A stretch of DNA of 63,035 bases, counting the filler, from Octopus bimaculoides (lineage: Eukaryota): NCBI RefSeq assembly GCF_001194135.2. It is 8 parts of 8 records of this genome, joined end to end, with 100 filler letters (N's around TTAATTAATTAA, not from the genome) between each part and the next. Parts side by side here need not be neighbours in the genome. Positions count along the whole stretch, not along the records: positions 1 to 2,662 come from NC_069005.1; positions 2,763 to 9,637 come from NC_068995.1; positions 9,738 to 26,719 come from NC_068990.1; 5 more parts are not named here. One strand, 5' to 3'. The first letter of the stretch is position 1. Each line of letters starts with the position of its first letter. Positions 1-13,918 of the stretch are shown piece after piece. The notes under the pieces were generated by a model that did not search any database, was not told where the DNA came from, and saw only the letters and a program-made list of their open reading frames with translations. The position numbers and the translations under genes were made by a program.

Positions 1-2
1 TA

Positions 3-49
<47 letters not shown>

Positions 50-432
50 GCACCACATATATGCACCACATATATGCACCACACATACATACACATGCAT
101 ATACACACACACACACATTCATTCATTCACTGGCCCTTATTTCCGCCATTTATATTCACTCCCACTTCTTTAAACATGTTTTTGTGTAATGTTTATAGGC
201 CTAACCAGTATGTGCCCCGCTGTGTGTGTAAGCGTGTGTGTGTGTGTGTTTTTGTGTGTGTGTGTGTGTGTGTATGCGCGAGCGTGTATACGTGTGTACG
301 TATACGGACATATGCTAGTATAGACACGTGTATATGTGGAGTATGTATAAATATATATGTGGAGACACATTTGAGTGAGTGTGTATATGTGTGTATGTAT
401 ATATGTGTGTATGTATATATGTGTATATATGA

Positions 433-470
<38 letters not shown>
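1..470. repeat. Compound (TA)n/(CA)n/(TG)n microsatellite
   Basis: Directly visible dinucleotide runs; source of the YI/VC/HT-repeat ORFs. Confidence 0.95.
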
Positions 471-471
<1 letters not shown>

Positions 472-611
472 AACATGCATACAAGCACACATTCGCACAT
501 CTTAAAATAATAGACTAAGCGCGCCTGTACANNNNNNNNNNNNNNNNNNNNNNNNNNNNNNNNNNNNNNNNNNNNNNNNNNNNNNNNNNNNNNNNNNNNN
601 NNNNNTATATA

Positions 612-668
<57 letters not shown>

Positions 669-1186
669 GCACAGATGTGTGCGTGTGTGTATGTATGTAT
701 ATATATGTAAATATATATATATATGTAAATATATATATATATTATACATATACATACGCACATACACATATATGTATGTTTGTATGTATGTATATGTGTG
801 TGCATGTGCATGTGTATGCGTGTGTACGCGCGTGTATGTGTGTGTGTTCGTGTGTTTTATTGACGTGTATCTGTTCGGGGCAATCGCCATCTTTCGCTTC
901 CTCTGGGCGCCATTTTGTGGACGATATGTCTCCGTATTATTCCCCCCNNNNNNNNNNNNNNNNNNNNNNNNNNNNNNNNNNNNNNNNNNNNNNNNNNNNN
1001 NNNNNNNNNNNNNNNNNNNNNNNNNNNNNNNNNNNNNNNNNNNNNNNNNNNNNNNNNNNNNNNNNNNNNNNNNNNNNNNNNNNNNNNNNNNNNNNNNNNN
1101 NNNNNNNNNNNNNNNNNNNNNNCCTTTTTCGTTCTCACTCAATTGCCATGCCAGCCATCACGTCACACTATCATTTTTAGCTTCTA

Positions 1187-1237
1187 TCATCATCACCACC
1201 ATCACCATCATCATCATCACCCTCACCATCATCATCA

Positions 1238-1310
<73 letters not shown>

Positions 1311-1321
1311 TATTATTATTA

Positions 1322-1364
<43 letters not shown>

Positions 1365-1416
1365 CATCATCATTATTATTATTATTAATATTATTATTAG
1401 TTAGAGAGATGAGTTC

Positions 1417-1458
<42 letters not shown>

Positions 1459-1460
1459 TA
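1187..1460. repeat. Compound trinucleotide microsatellite (ATC)n(GTC)n(ATC)n(ATT)n
   Basis: Directly visible. Confidence 0.95.
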
Positions 1461-2662
1461 TATTTGCGATATTTTTTTCCTTTCTATCCCTCTTTTATTA
1501 TCTTTCTTCTCTTCGATGCTTTATTCCTTCTTTCTCCCGCTTCCCTTTTCAATCATTCTTTCTTTCCTCTCATCTTCTTCCCCATTCCCCTCCTTCTCCA
1601 CACTTCTTCTCGCTCTTTCATTCTTCTATCACACCTTGTCTTTTTCTTCTTTCAATCCCCCCTTCTTTTATCTTTACCTTAGCTCTCCTCTATCTGTCTC
1701 TCTCCCTTCTCTCTCTCACTTTCTCTTTCCCCCGCCGTATATTTACACCTTCCTTTCCATTTTCTCTCTCCTTCTCTCTTCCTTATTACTCTATCTACTC
1801 CTCAAAATTCTCTTCCTTCTCCTCCTTCAACACAACCAATCTTTAGCACTACAGACGATATCTGTCAGCATTTCCGTATCATTGCTGACCGGCCTCTCAG
1901 TCACATCTCCTTCCGTTTCTCTATCTCTGTTGCTTCTCTCTCTCTCGCTCTCTTTGCGTATGTGTGTGTGTGTATGTATACTCATACACATCTCCATATA
2001 TCCTTTATTTTGCAGCTTTTCTTTACACGAAATGAGAAGGTACATTGCGGAACTGTTATTTTAACGATTTATATCTATTTATCACCCGAAGAGACACATC
2101 TGCATCACCGGATGCTCCCGAACCAGTCGTTGAGTGTCCCACTCATGAAGGATCCATGCTAGAAGCATCGAAACAATTGTAGTGATTAATAAAAATTCTC
2201 GTGTCTTCCATCTTCCGGCAAGTTTCTACTGAAGCACCACAGATAATTGTTTAACTATTAGTGGTGAAACTGAAGTATATACAAATAACTGGTCTTAAAA
2301 ATTTATTTCATCTTGTCTTGCCCGCTTACATCTAACGCGTTATGTATGACAATGCGTTTTTCGTGGTTTGAAGATCTCACATCTTCTTTCAGCAAGCAAG
2401 GAAGACACTTAGTGGTTATCCTATTCGTGTATAAATACCCATGGTTATACACACTTATATAAGAATAATTTACAGTCTACGGACAATATTTACCCTTTAT
2501 ATATATATATATATATATATTACGGAGATGCACTTGCATAGCAAGTGACCTGATCTGAGATCGTGTGCTGGAACGAAAACAATTGCAGCGTGGAAGGTGT
2601 TTATAAGCCATTTAAAATAACACACAAAATCCGTTAGATTCACTTCAACATTTAAATTTAAT

Positions 2663-2762
2663 NNNNNNNNNNNNNNNNNNNNNNNNNNNNNNNNNNNNNN
2701 NNNNNNTTAATTAATTAANNNNNNNNNNNNNNNNNNNNNNNNNNNNNNNNNNNNNNNNNNNN
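2663..2762. other. Artificial scaffold linker (44N-TTAATTAATTAA-44N)
   Basis: Exact 100-bp structure, with stops in all six frames. Identical linkers at 9638-9737, 26720-26819, 30205-30304, 53069-53168, 56397-56496 and 60320-60419. Confidence 0.95.
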
Positions 2763-4299
2763 ATATATATATATACATATATATGTACATACATATATAT
2801 GTACATACATATATATATATATATATATATACATACATACATACACATATATATGTACATACGTATATATATATATATATATACATACACATATATATGT
2901 ACATACATATATATATATATATACATATATATATACATACATATATACATACATACGTACATATATATACATATACATACATACATACATACACACACAT
3001 ATGTGCAGGTATGAATGTATGCACATACATATATCAACATACACTATATGCATAGTGATATATATACACACACACACACGTGTATATACACACACATACA
3101 TATATATACACACTGTATATATATCAGTGTATATATTAAACCAAACATACACATACATACATAAAGGCATCCCCTACATCCCCAAAACAAAGGTTATGGA
3201 ATTCAACCCTTATGTAAATTGTAAAACAATTTTAAAAGCTTTCAAATCACAAATGTGTATTTTTTGCACACCTCATCATCACCTCCACAAATTGAGCCAA
3301 CCTTGTCGTCCATTGATCTCAGCATATTTTCCAGATGCTACTAGCTCATTCCTTGGCATTTCTCCTTTTTGTTTCTGCATGCACCAATCCAACTGACCCG
3401 GATCTTGGTACCAACAGTACCTCCTCTCACTTTTGCCTTACGTTTTTTTCATTTACTCATTTATATTTTTTACCATTGAAGTTACAAAACTGCTTTTTGC
3501 TGGATGCAGAACATCACTAATTTCTTCAGATTTCAGTATGTCACTCTTTTAATGGAGAATTTCATAGGATTTAACCACTAAATATTTAAGGTGTAACATG
3601 TTTTCAAGATGTATACTAAGGTAAAGTACATATACTCAAGCTGGCTAGAAAGAAACCATCAAGTAGAAGTGATGGCAGTAATATGAAGAGGAGTCATTAA
3701 CCTTTTAACATTCAGATTACACTGTCAAATGTAATGCTTATTTATTCACAGTTTTGAATTAATCATGCATTATCTTGTAATTTTAATATCGCAAAGATGT
3801 GATTGTATATTTTTAGAATAACATTGTAACATTGTAGGGTAGATGTAAGAGGCTAGGTTCCGACAGTTTGAACATAAAACAGGGAGAATATTTGGGCTGG
3901 ATATGGCTGGTTTGAATGCCTAAAGGGTTCAAGGATTATCATGGGTAATATAGCTGATGTTTTACAAAGGTTTCAAGCAGGAGGAAAACCCAGCAAAAAC
4001 CTTAACTCTTTTGATACCATCCCACCTGAGACCACCCCAAGATCTATAACCGAAATTTACTGTTTTAAAGTAGTCTAAATTATAATCTTCCATCAAAATT
4101 TTTGGATAAATTGTTCCAAACCCCAGCTTAATAATGAGAAAGTTATATTACTAAATTCTTCATTATTTTAAGAATTAATTGAAACAAAGGTAGCATATGT
4201 TAACAAAATAGTTAAAGGCTGTGATGCCTACAGAGGAACAACAGGTTTGGTGCTTCAGCAGCTACTCTGTTAAATACCTGGGCATTGTTTTTCTTTTTC

Positions 4300-5400
4300 T
4301 ACCCAACTCCCACAGATCTGAAGTGACACTTGGAATGGTTCTTGAGGGTGTGGGTTGGCCATCAGAATGGATAAAGTGTCAATAAATGTGACAGTCATTT
4401 GAGTGAAAGCTAAATGTTTTTATGATTATTTGCCGAAAGTGGATGGTGCAAAACTTTTTCATGTTAACAATCACTGGTTTGAAAGTTAAAACGTCTGGTG
4501 AAGCTACCAGTGCTGATACATAGGTTGCTACTAATTATGCTGTGAAACTGACGAAAGTTATTACTGACAGAAGTGTTCACCGAAACAAGTGTACAATGTG
4601 AATGACGTAGAGATTATCTCAAAGTGTGTACCTATGAAGAAGTTCCAATGCAAGTGAAGAAAAATTAGCACCAGAGTTTAAAGCTTCCAAAAATCACCTG
4701 GTGATCTTTGTAGGAGGAAATGCTGCAGGGCATAAATTCTTTTAATTGGATCACTCCTAAAATCCTAGGGTTTTCAAGGGCTAAAGTAAGTTTAATCTGT
4801 CTGTGATATGGTATTCAACTAAGCTTAGATGATTTGAGCCTTTTTTTAAAACTGGTTTACAAACATTTTTTGCCCTGCAGTAGAAAGGTACAGTATCAAG
4901 CATATTTTCAACAAAGCATTGCTCCTTTTAAACAATGCATCAAGCAATCAAGTGAACTCAAGTTATCTTTCTGAAAATTGAGAGTTGAATATATCCCCAG
5001 TAACTCAACTTCTTTGCTCCAGTCAATGGATCAAGGTGAGGCAGTTAAAATCAAGGCATGCTGAGAACTTTTATGCAATTCATAAAAGTAATTGGAATTC
5101 TGGAAAAAGTTCAATGTTCAGCATTGTTGATAAACATAGCTGAATCATGGGATAAAATGAAACCCACAGTTATGAATGGTGTTTGGCACAATATATGGTC
5201 AGACTACATCAATGACTTTACAGGTTTTCCACAGGTGGAAAGCTGACATCAAGTTCAACAAGATATTGTGACAATACAAAAAAATGTAGGGTCTAAAGAA
5301 ACTATAGAAGATTCAATGATATGGAGACATTGCTAGAGTCCCAGAGAGAAGAGAAAGTTTATCTAATGAGGAATTGAAGAGAATACAGAAGCTCCACACA
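4300..5400 (+). mobile_element. Decayed Tigger/pogo-type DNA transposase (CENP-B HTH + DDE_1)
   Basis: Broken-frame translation gives GEATSAD, GGNAAG, WFTNIFCPAVERY, ALLLLNNA, YIPSNSTSLLQSMDQG and NIAESWDKMKPTVMNGVWHNIW..DFTGF, all in Tigger motif order; many stops and frameshifts. Confidence 0.8.
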
Positions 5401-6107
5401 CTCTACTTTCATTAACTGCACCTAAAACGGCTAAAGAGTTGGTATTTATATAGAGAAAGGCTCACAAGTTTCATAACAATCTTAACTGTGAATGTAGCAT
5501 AAAAATTACAAGAGAAATTTATAGTGAACTCAGGTCCTACACTGATTCATACAAAGAAATTGTGCACTATAAATCAAAGCTACTTTGTATAAGTTCTTCA
5601 CCCTTGTAGCAGATGCTAATATTGATGGCTTGTCTCTCTCACAATAGCACTCGTTGCTACGCTATATACCAAAAAGCAGTTACTTTCATTTGTAGTATGG
5701 TATTACAGTATTCCTATTTGTTCCTAAATGCATTTCCCTTTAATGTTTCTATGTATACAATTCTATATTCTCTGTAGTGAAAAATTGATACTTTCATGCA
5801 TAAAGATGCTTGTTCATCCATTGTTCCTTTTATGTGTTTTTTTTTGTTTTCATGCTAACATGGAGTTATTCAAAACCTATAATTGAGACATTGTTTTACA
5901 GTTGGATATGCATAATTCAGCTAATCCTTACTTGCTTTTCAAGTAAGGATAATTTTTTTTTTTTTTTATTCATTAGGTGATTTGTTGACAGGAGATTATC
6001 AAACTTCACCATCTGTAAATGTATACATTCTGCAAACTGCAGAATACAAACAGTCACACAGACATACATATGTATATATATGAGAACACACACACAAACA
6101 TATATAC

Positions 6108-6175
<68 letters not shown>

Positions 6176-6351
6176 AAGAAAGGTTGTGAATCTAACCAAC
6201 TAAGGGGTAGTATCTATCCAATATACTGCTGGTAGAATACCTAATTATTATTACAGAAGTGTTGTATCATTGCATGACAATTACATTACCAAGTGTAATA
6301 AATGGGTGAGGGTAAAGAGTTATTTTACCATTAATTTATAGAGCAATAAGA

Positions 6352-6910
6352 AATAAGAAAATGGAAGGGATTAATAGGTGGTATTCATCAACTTATAGAT
6401 ATTATATTATGTCAATTTATTTATTTACTAAAAGGACAATTATAACAATATACAAACATATATGACATATTATGCCTTACATATATAATATAATATATAA
6501 AATATCAGTAATTATTAAAATATAACATATAGCAATAGAGATTGGGATAATATCTTACAGCTGTTTCAGCCAAGAGGCAAAAATACCTCATTCTACCTTT
6601 ATCTCTCCAGTGGACTGAAGTAATTAGTAGATGAAATTGAGGTACTTGGGTGTTTCTTTAGACATTGTCAGAGATTTTAAAATTACATAAGGTTAAGATA
6701 TAAAGATATTATCCCAATATCTATTGCTATATTTTAATAATTACTGATATTTTATATTTTATACATTATATTATATTATATATGTAAGGCATAATATGTC
6801 ATACATGTATGTATATTGTTATAATTGTCCTTTTTGTAAATAAATAAATTGAGATAATATGTCTATAAGTTGATAAATACCACCTATTAATCCCTTCCAT
6901 TTTCTTATTG
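6352..6910. repeat. Inverted repeat, ~205-bp arms (6352-6556 / 6703-6910) flanking the HHR
   Basis: Arms align as reverse complements with scattered substitutions and indels. Confidence 0.9.
6552..6678 (-). ncRNA. Type I hammerhead ribozyme motif with extended stem II (PLE terminal repeat; core G8 mutated)
   Basis: Minus strand: ATCT-CTGACAA-TGTCTAA..TACCTCA..TGAGGTA..TTGGCT-GAAA-CAGCTG-T-A-AGAT. Palindromic stem III ACAGCTGT, GUA cleavage triplet, stem I ATCT/AGAT. Confidence 0.7.
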
Positions 6911-7100
6911 NNNNNNNNNNNNNNNNNNNNNNNNNNNNNNNNNNNNNNNNNNNNNNNNNNNNNNNNNNNNNNNNNNNNNNNNNNNNNNNNNNNNNNNNNN
7001 NNNNNNNNNNNNNNNNNNNNNNNNNNNNNNNNNNNNNNNNNNNNNNNNNNNNNNNNNNNNNNNNNNNNNNNNNNNNNNNNNNNNNNNNNNNNNNNNNNNN

Positions 7101-7132
<32 letters not shown>

Positions 7133-7481
7133 CATACACATATATGTATATAAAGACACACACACACACACATGAATATATACATATAAGATGGACATCA
7201 TTCAATTTCAACCTGCCAAATTCACTTACAAGGCATTGGTTAGCCTGAGACTGCAGTAGATGACACTTGCCCAAAAGGTTAGCATACATCAAGACTGAAC
7301 CTGAAATCACATGGCTGAGGATTGAACATCTTAAACACACAACCACTCAACAGAACACATCTCAATTTATAACACAAAATCACTGAAAAATTAAAATTAA
7401 GTTTCACATTACAGAACCCCATGCTTCAGCAAAATTTTCAATAATGTCGGGGATACCTACATATATGTATGTATGTATGTG

Positions 7482-7525
<44 letters not shown>

Positions 7526-8973
7526 NNNNNNNNNNNNNNNNNNNNNNNNNNNNNNNNNNNNNNNNNNNNNNNNNNNNNNNNNNNNNNNNNNNNNNNNNNN
7601 NNNNNNNNNNNNNNNNNNNNNNNNNNNNNNNNNNNNNNNNNNNNNNNNNNNNNNNNNNNNNNNNNNNNNNNNNNNNNNNNNNNNNNNNNNNNNNNNNNNN
7701 NNNNNNNNNNNNNNNNNNNNNNNNNNNNNNNNNNNNNNNNNNNNNNNNNNNNNNNNNNNNNNNNNNNNNNNNNNNNNNNNNNNNNNNNNNNNNNNNNNNN
7801 NNNNNNNNNNNNNNNNNNNNNNNNNNNNNNNNNNNNNNNNNNNNNNNNNNNNNNNNNNNNNNNNNNNNNNNNNNNNNNNNNNNNNNNNNNNNNNNNNNNN
7901 NNNNNNNNNNNNNNNNNNNNNNNNNNNNNNNNNNNNNNNNNNNNNNNNNNNNNNNNNNNNNNNNNNNNNNNNNNNNNNNNNNNNNNNNNNNNNNNNNNNN
8001 NNNNNNNNNNNNNNNNNNNNNNNNNNNNNNNNNNNNNNNNNNNNNNNNNNNNNNNNNNNNNNNNNNNNNNNNNNNNNNNNNNNNNNNNNNNNNNNNNNNN
8101 NNNNNNNNNNNNNNNNNNNNNNNNNNNNNNNNNNNNNNNNNAGTACAATTATCCAAACAAGTATGGTAGCAGTGAAAAATTTGCAGATAGCTTCTTTTTT
8201 TTTTAATTTTCAAATTGCTCAGTCAAATTAATTAAATGACATTATTAAAATGCTTCTGATGAAAATAATTTGCCATTTGGCAAGAATATTGAGAATTGTT
8301 TCAAATTTTGCTTTTTTTCTCACCTTTCCAAAATAAACAAAGTATAACGTATGTGTGTTTGTGTATGTGTATGAGATGGAGGAAAAAAAAAAAACGTAAA
8401 AATATTATTTGTTAGTGAACTTAATTATCTTTTCATCCATTTATAGATACCTACGGCCAGCACACAAACAACGAGAGAGCTAATTATATACTTGTTATAG
8501 GATGTGGGATTCAAAACAGCAAACTGAAAAAAAAAAAAAGCAAAATATTAATAATAATAATAATCAATAAACAATAATATAAGGAGAAAAAAAGAAACTA
8601 ATAACAGGCAACTTCAATACAGCTTTTGCTTCAGACCTGCCATTTGAATGAGTTTTATACATGTCACACATTTCAGTTACCTGTGTTCCTCTTATTGCAC
8701 TCAGAACTGAATGAGACACTTATGTAACACATGTTACTAAAATATATTATTATGGGTGCACACATAGCTGTGTGGTAGAGAAGATCACTTCGCACTCATA
8801 TGGTTGCAAATTCAATCTCAAATGTGACATCTTAATTAACTTCTACTTTGGATAACCAATACATTCTGGGTTGCTTACTTTTTACTCAACTTGGTATATA
8901 TATATAAGTATATCATTTTCCTAACTTATAGACAACTTATGTGTATATATATATATACATACACACACACACA

Positions 8974-9347
8974 GTATCTAGCCAGAGATAAACCTCTGTA
9001 CTTGGCTTTTGTTGACATGGAGAAAGCCTTTGACAGGGTCCCCCAATCCATTATCTGGTGGTCAATGCAGAAACTGGAGATAGACAAGTCGTTGGTAAGA
9101 GCTGTACAAGCCCTGTACAGGGATGCTGTCTGTAAGGTGAGGGTTGGCAACGAGTATAGTGAAGAATTCCGAGAAGTACATGTTTACCAAGGATCAGTCC
9201 TCAGCCCCCTCTTATTCATTATAGTCCTCCAGGCAATAACAGAGGAATTCAAGACAGGTTGCCCCTGGGAGCCTTTTCTATGCTGATGACCTTGCTCTAA
9301 CAGACGAGTCACTGCCAGAACTAGAGACGAAGTTTAGGGTGTGGAAG
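8974..9347 (+). mobile_element. RTE-clade LINE reverse transcriptase fragment
   Basis: LYLAFVDMEKAFDRVP...QGSVLSPLLFIIVL...then frameshifted YADDLAL; RT motifs in order. Confidence 0.9.
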
Positions 9348-9490
9348 CTGGTGTGTCCCTGTAACTTAGCGGTTCGGCAAAAGAGACCAATAGAATAAGT
9401 ACTAGGCTTCTAAAGAATAAGTCCTGGGGTCGATTTGCTCGACTAAAGGCGGTGCTCCAGCATGGCCACAGTCAAAAGCCTGAAACAAGA
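9348..9490 (+). mobile_element. 3' half of tRNA-derived composite SINE (family S1)
   Basis: Matches 3' halves at 44148, 55627 and 57085 (gtaacttagcggttcggcaaaagagacc...gctccagcatggcc). Confidence 0.8.
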
Positions 9491-9839
9491 GTATTATTTT
9501 TAGATAACAAACAAAAAAAAATTACTGAAGGTTGTTTCAAATGAAAAGAGAAACTGTTTCTTTTTGTTTTTCTTTATAAATTAAAATAACAATTGAAATT
9601 TTAATTCCATATATTTAAGCATTTAAAAGCAGAAAGANNNNNNNNNNNNNNNNNNNNNNNNNNNNNNNNNNNNNNNNNNNNTTAATTAATTAANNNNNNN
9701 NNNNNNNNNNNNNNNNNNNNNNNNNNNNNNNNNNNNNTGTATATGAATATGTATATGTATATATATGTATGTATGTACTTTTGATCTCTTTCTCTCTGTC
9801 TTTCTCTGTATATTGGTCAAACAGGATATTGCTTAGCCA

Positions 9840-10152
9840 ACCAGTTCGCTGATGCCACACCAGTGCTGATGCCACATGAAAAGCATCCACTCCGCACTGT
9901 AAATTGGTTGGGGTTAGGAAGGACATCCACCTGTAAAAACCATGCCAACACTGACCTCACCTGTGCTTGTGCCACATAAAAAGCACTCAGTCCAATCTGT
10001 TGGGCGGTTGGTGTTAGGAAGGGTATCCAGCCATAAAAACCATGCTAAATAGATACAGAAATCTGGTGCAGGTTACTGCCTGGCCGATCCTGTCAAACCA
10101 TCCAACCCATGCTAGCATGGAAGGTGGACATTAAATGATGATGATGATGATT
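9840..10152 (+). mobile_element. RTE LINE 3' UTR with (GAT)n tail
   Basis: ttaggaagggcatccagc...ccaacccatgctagcatggaa..ggac.ttaaatgatgatgat; same family as 22816-23467. Confidence 0.75.
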
Positions 10153-10596
10153 TATATGGAGAATGGAAAAATCCTACATCTCAAGCATTGTCCTTCATCA
10201 AAATTTGAAAAGATGGACTTTGCCTGTTATATGTGCAAGTGTGTAAATGCAGGCACTAATGCATATGCATTCAAGCACACACACACACACACACACACAC
10301 AAAACTGATCTGATACACACATACCCATGTATACAAATATATAAGCACACACACAGTTGATATACACACAGCTGATATGCACCCACACCCATAAACACAC
10401 ACAGCCTATCAAATACATATGTATGAACCAGCAAGTTGATGCCACCAGCTCCTACCCATCCTTCACCTTACACACACACACACACACACATGCACATGGA
10501 CTCCGTCCACCCACACACATAGTAAATACACTTGCAAACATGGACATTCATACATTCATACAACATGCATGAACACATGCACACATACACACAGAC

Positions 10597-10636
<40 letters not shown>

Positions 10637-11509
10637 GTGCGTGTGTGTGCGTGCGCACTTACCCTCATTGGTTATTGATATCATTTAAGTTCTTTTGGAT
10701 GCCAGTCAGACTATGGAGCATCACAAATTTGCTGTCCAGCCATGCAATTCAAGAAATTTAGATGGATTGGATTTGCTGTAACTGTAATTTCAACAGCATG
10801 TGACCTACCTTGACCAATAGCAACTCAGGTTCCAGCAGCCATCTTGGACTTCCTACAGCTCTCGGTGTGGCCACCTAAGCCCAACAAGCTAGGTTACTAA
10901 AATGAGCCTGCGAAACTCTAAGTTGCACAGGACCATATCAGACTGTTTTAAATGATAATAAATACAGCTTCTACAAAATATCTTGAGTGCCCCATTTTTT
11001 TTATTTGTCCACTCACTCATGTATGTGTGTGGATATATAAATATATATATATAATCTGTAAAAAACATAAATCTGAAAGAAGAAGCACACTCTAAGATTT
11101 AGGGTAGTATATAATAAAAATGGGGAAGGCCAGTTTATAGGATTACCTTAGGTTTCCCATTCATAAAGGGTTTCGCTTTATAGCATATTGTCACATCTCA
11201 AAACCTGTTGGCCTAAGGCATTCTTTTTTTGTCTGTTCGTGCACATGTATGTGTGTCAGTATGCATGTGTATGCACATATGTATGTATGTATTATTCAGT
11301 TTTATTTCAAGATTTCTTGCCAATAGAGAAGGAGCTGGTTTCTAATCTAGATGTAAGGTTCCTTCATTTGAATTTCAACAACAACAGAGTATTTTTATTT
11401 GTATGTATGTATATATGTATGTATGCATGTATGTATGTATGTATGTATCTATCTATCCATCTATCTATCTATGTATATGTGCAGATATTTATGTTTTGTT
11501 TTATGTATG

Positions 11510-11543
<34 letters not shown>

Positions 11544-13295
11544 TGCATATATGTACGAACTCATCACTCAACATGCCATTGCCATAATGGATTATGGATA
11601 TGTGGAGTTTGCAAGATTTGTGGCCAATAGGCTGTGAAACAGCCATTTTGCTGCAGGTGAATCTAATTTTCAGTTAAGCAATGTGAGATGAAATATCTTG
11701 CCCAAGAACATAACACACTGCCCAGTCCAGGGATTGTATTTATAGCAGAAGTATGATTATCATTTGGCCAATTAGGCTTAAATACCCAAATATCAGCTCA
11801 TTTGCATGTTTTCTACAAGCAGTTACATGATGGTCAAGTCTTTCTGGCTTTACACATACTATCCAATCCCATCACATGACAGACCAGCCTAGCACGGGCA
11901 AATATTTTATGTTTGTTCAATGGCGCCCACCATTAGCTTTAAAGAGAGGAATCTTTCCTGCTATTCTCCAGTGAGAAAGCACAGTCAAGTCCAGATCTCA
12001 GCAGAGTGTAAGTTTATTTCACAGATAGCCTTGACACCGTACGTCTGTTCCTGTTTTCCAGCAGAAGTCATATCACATATTTGATTTCCTGTTCTATGCT
12101 GCATACATCATCAAGTTCCAACTGCATGAGAAGCCAATATGCATATTTTCTGACAGAATCATTCAAGATGAACATTTTTTGCTGTGCCTTCATTTAGGCA
12201 TTTGACTAAGGGGCGGCAGTCAATTACAACTTTTGTATTCATTTTTTTTTTTTTGCTATTATACCTGACTCATTTGGAACCAGGAAATTATAATGTTACC
12301 AGGGCCAGAGCAATGCTACTTCTACACTTAAACATCCATGACTTTACCATTATGACTCCAGGAACTTAACCACTATGTCTTCATTTGTGTGAATTAACAT
12401 ATTTTAATTTCTAAGCTCAAGGAAAATGATAGGGCTTGTGGCCATCTTTTAAACCCTCTTCAAATAGAAGAATCAGAATAGATAGTTTAGTTGTTGTTGT
12501 CGTTGTTGTCATTGTTGCTGCTGCTGCTGCTGCTGCTGTTGTTGTTGTTGCTGTTGTTGTTGTTGTTGCTGCTGTTGTTGTTGTTCAAATATTTAAACAT
12601 TTTGTAACTGTTGTTACTGTGCTTCCCATTTCACAAATTGTTTGAAAGAATGAGTTTTGATTTGAATAATTTCTATTTTTTTTTATTTTTTTTTTTACAT
12701 TTTACATTTCAGTAATATTTGACAAGTCCCAAAGGTTCTTTCAACAACAGATAAGCTTTTCTATAATTAAGTTTGCCTCCAGAAGTTTCTCATTCAGTAC
12801 ACACACACACACTGCATTGTATACAAACTCTGGAGAGAATAATTTCTATTATGTTGCATCTGTTGCACTCTGGTGAGCAAGTGAGACATTCAATAATAAA
12901 TCCAAAAGCTACTATTCATATTTTCTGTTTTTAAAATGTAAGGTTTGGGCTGCAGCCAAAGCCAAAGTCAAAGTTACATGGAAGGAAAGGTGAAGAGCCA
13001 AAATAAATATTAGTGCAGATAATGTTTCTCTTTTAGTAGATAATAAATAATTCTTATAAACCAATTGCAATCTCAACAGCACTGCTCAGATAAACTTCTA
13101 AGAAATGCAAAGGATAGAAACCATAAGATCTATATATTCAGGTTGATAAGCTATGTACCAAATGTGTATTTGAGTTAATAAGTACAAAACATGTATATGA
13201 GTTGTTGACTCAATGCATTGTGCCCCTCTCCTAAAATCCAGGAATTGGTGCCAAGGAGTCTCTTTGAAAACTAATATTGATTTCATATTTTGGCA

Positions 13296-13500
13296 CAAGG
13301 CCATCGGGTTTTGAGGGGAGGGGAAAGTTAATTACATCGACCCCCCCCCCCCCAGTACTTGACTGGTATTTGTTTTATCAACCCTGAAAGGATGAAAGGC
13401 AAGGTTGACCTCACTGGAATTTGAACTCAGAATGTAAAGACAGACAAAATGCCACTAAGCATTCCACCTGGCAGGTTAACAATTCTGCCAGCTCACCATC
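13296..13500 (-). mobile_element. tRNA-headed SINE family S2
   Basis: Reverse strand carries a B-box-like ttctgagttcaaattcc followed by a conserved gcctttcatcctttc..ggt.gataaaa core. Related copies at 15011-15212(-), 29215-29400(-), 46735-46835(-) and 61045-61151(+). Confidence 0.75.
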
Positions 13501-13918
13501 CTATGTTTAAGAAGAACTAATATTAGGTTAAAAAAATATAAGAATGAAATAAATCTGATATATAGCCTCTAAGAACTTGACACATTTAACAGACACAGTG
13601 AAGTAGAGCATCAGTAGTGAAGTTTAATGTGTGTGTGTGTGCATGTGTTTGTGTGTGTATGTGTGGGGGGGGGGTACGTTTATGTGTGATTATTATAATG
13701 ACAAAAATAATAATAAATTAAGAGTAAATACGATAATGTCTGTGTTTTTTTTTTAATGTTTGCAATGGCGCTTCTAAGATGCAATTATTTTAGTTTCGAT
13801 ATGCCCATTTTTAGTCCAAATGAGTTTGAAAATAAGTGCAACTAAAAAACCTATGTATCTTAATATTGTGCTGCACAATTATACAACAACTGTATTCATT
13901 GATTGCTTTGCTCTAAAG

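Noticed and set aside
4538-4600. CTGACGA...GAAAC resembling an HHR
   Set aside because: Lies inside Tigger coding sequence; no stem I, II or III pairing.
11880-12170. Possible exon or LINE fragment
   Set aside because: Stops in all frames examined and no recognisable motif.
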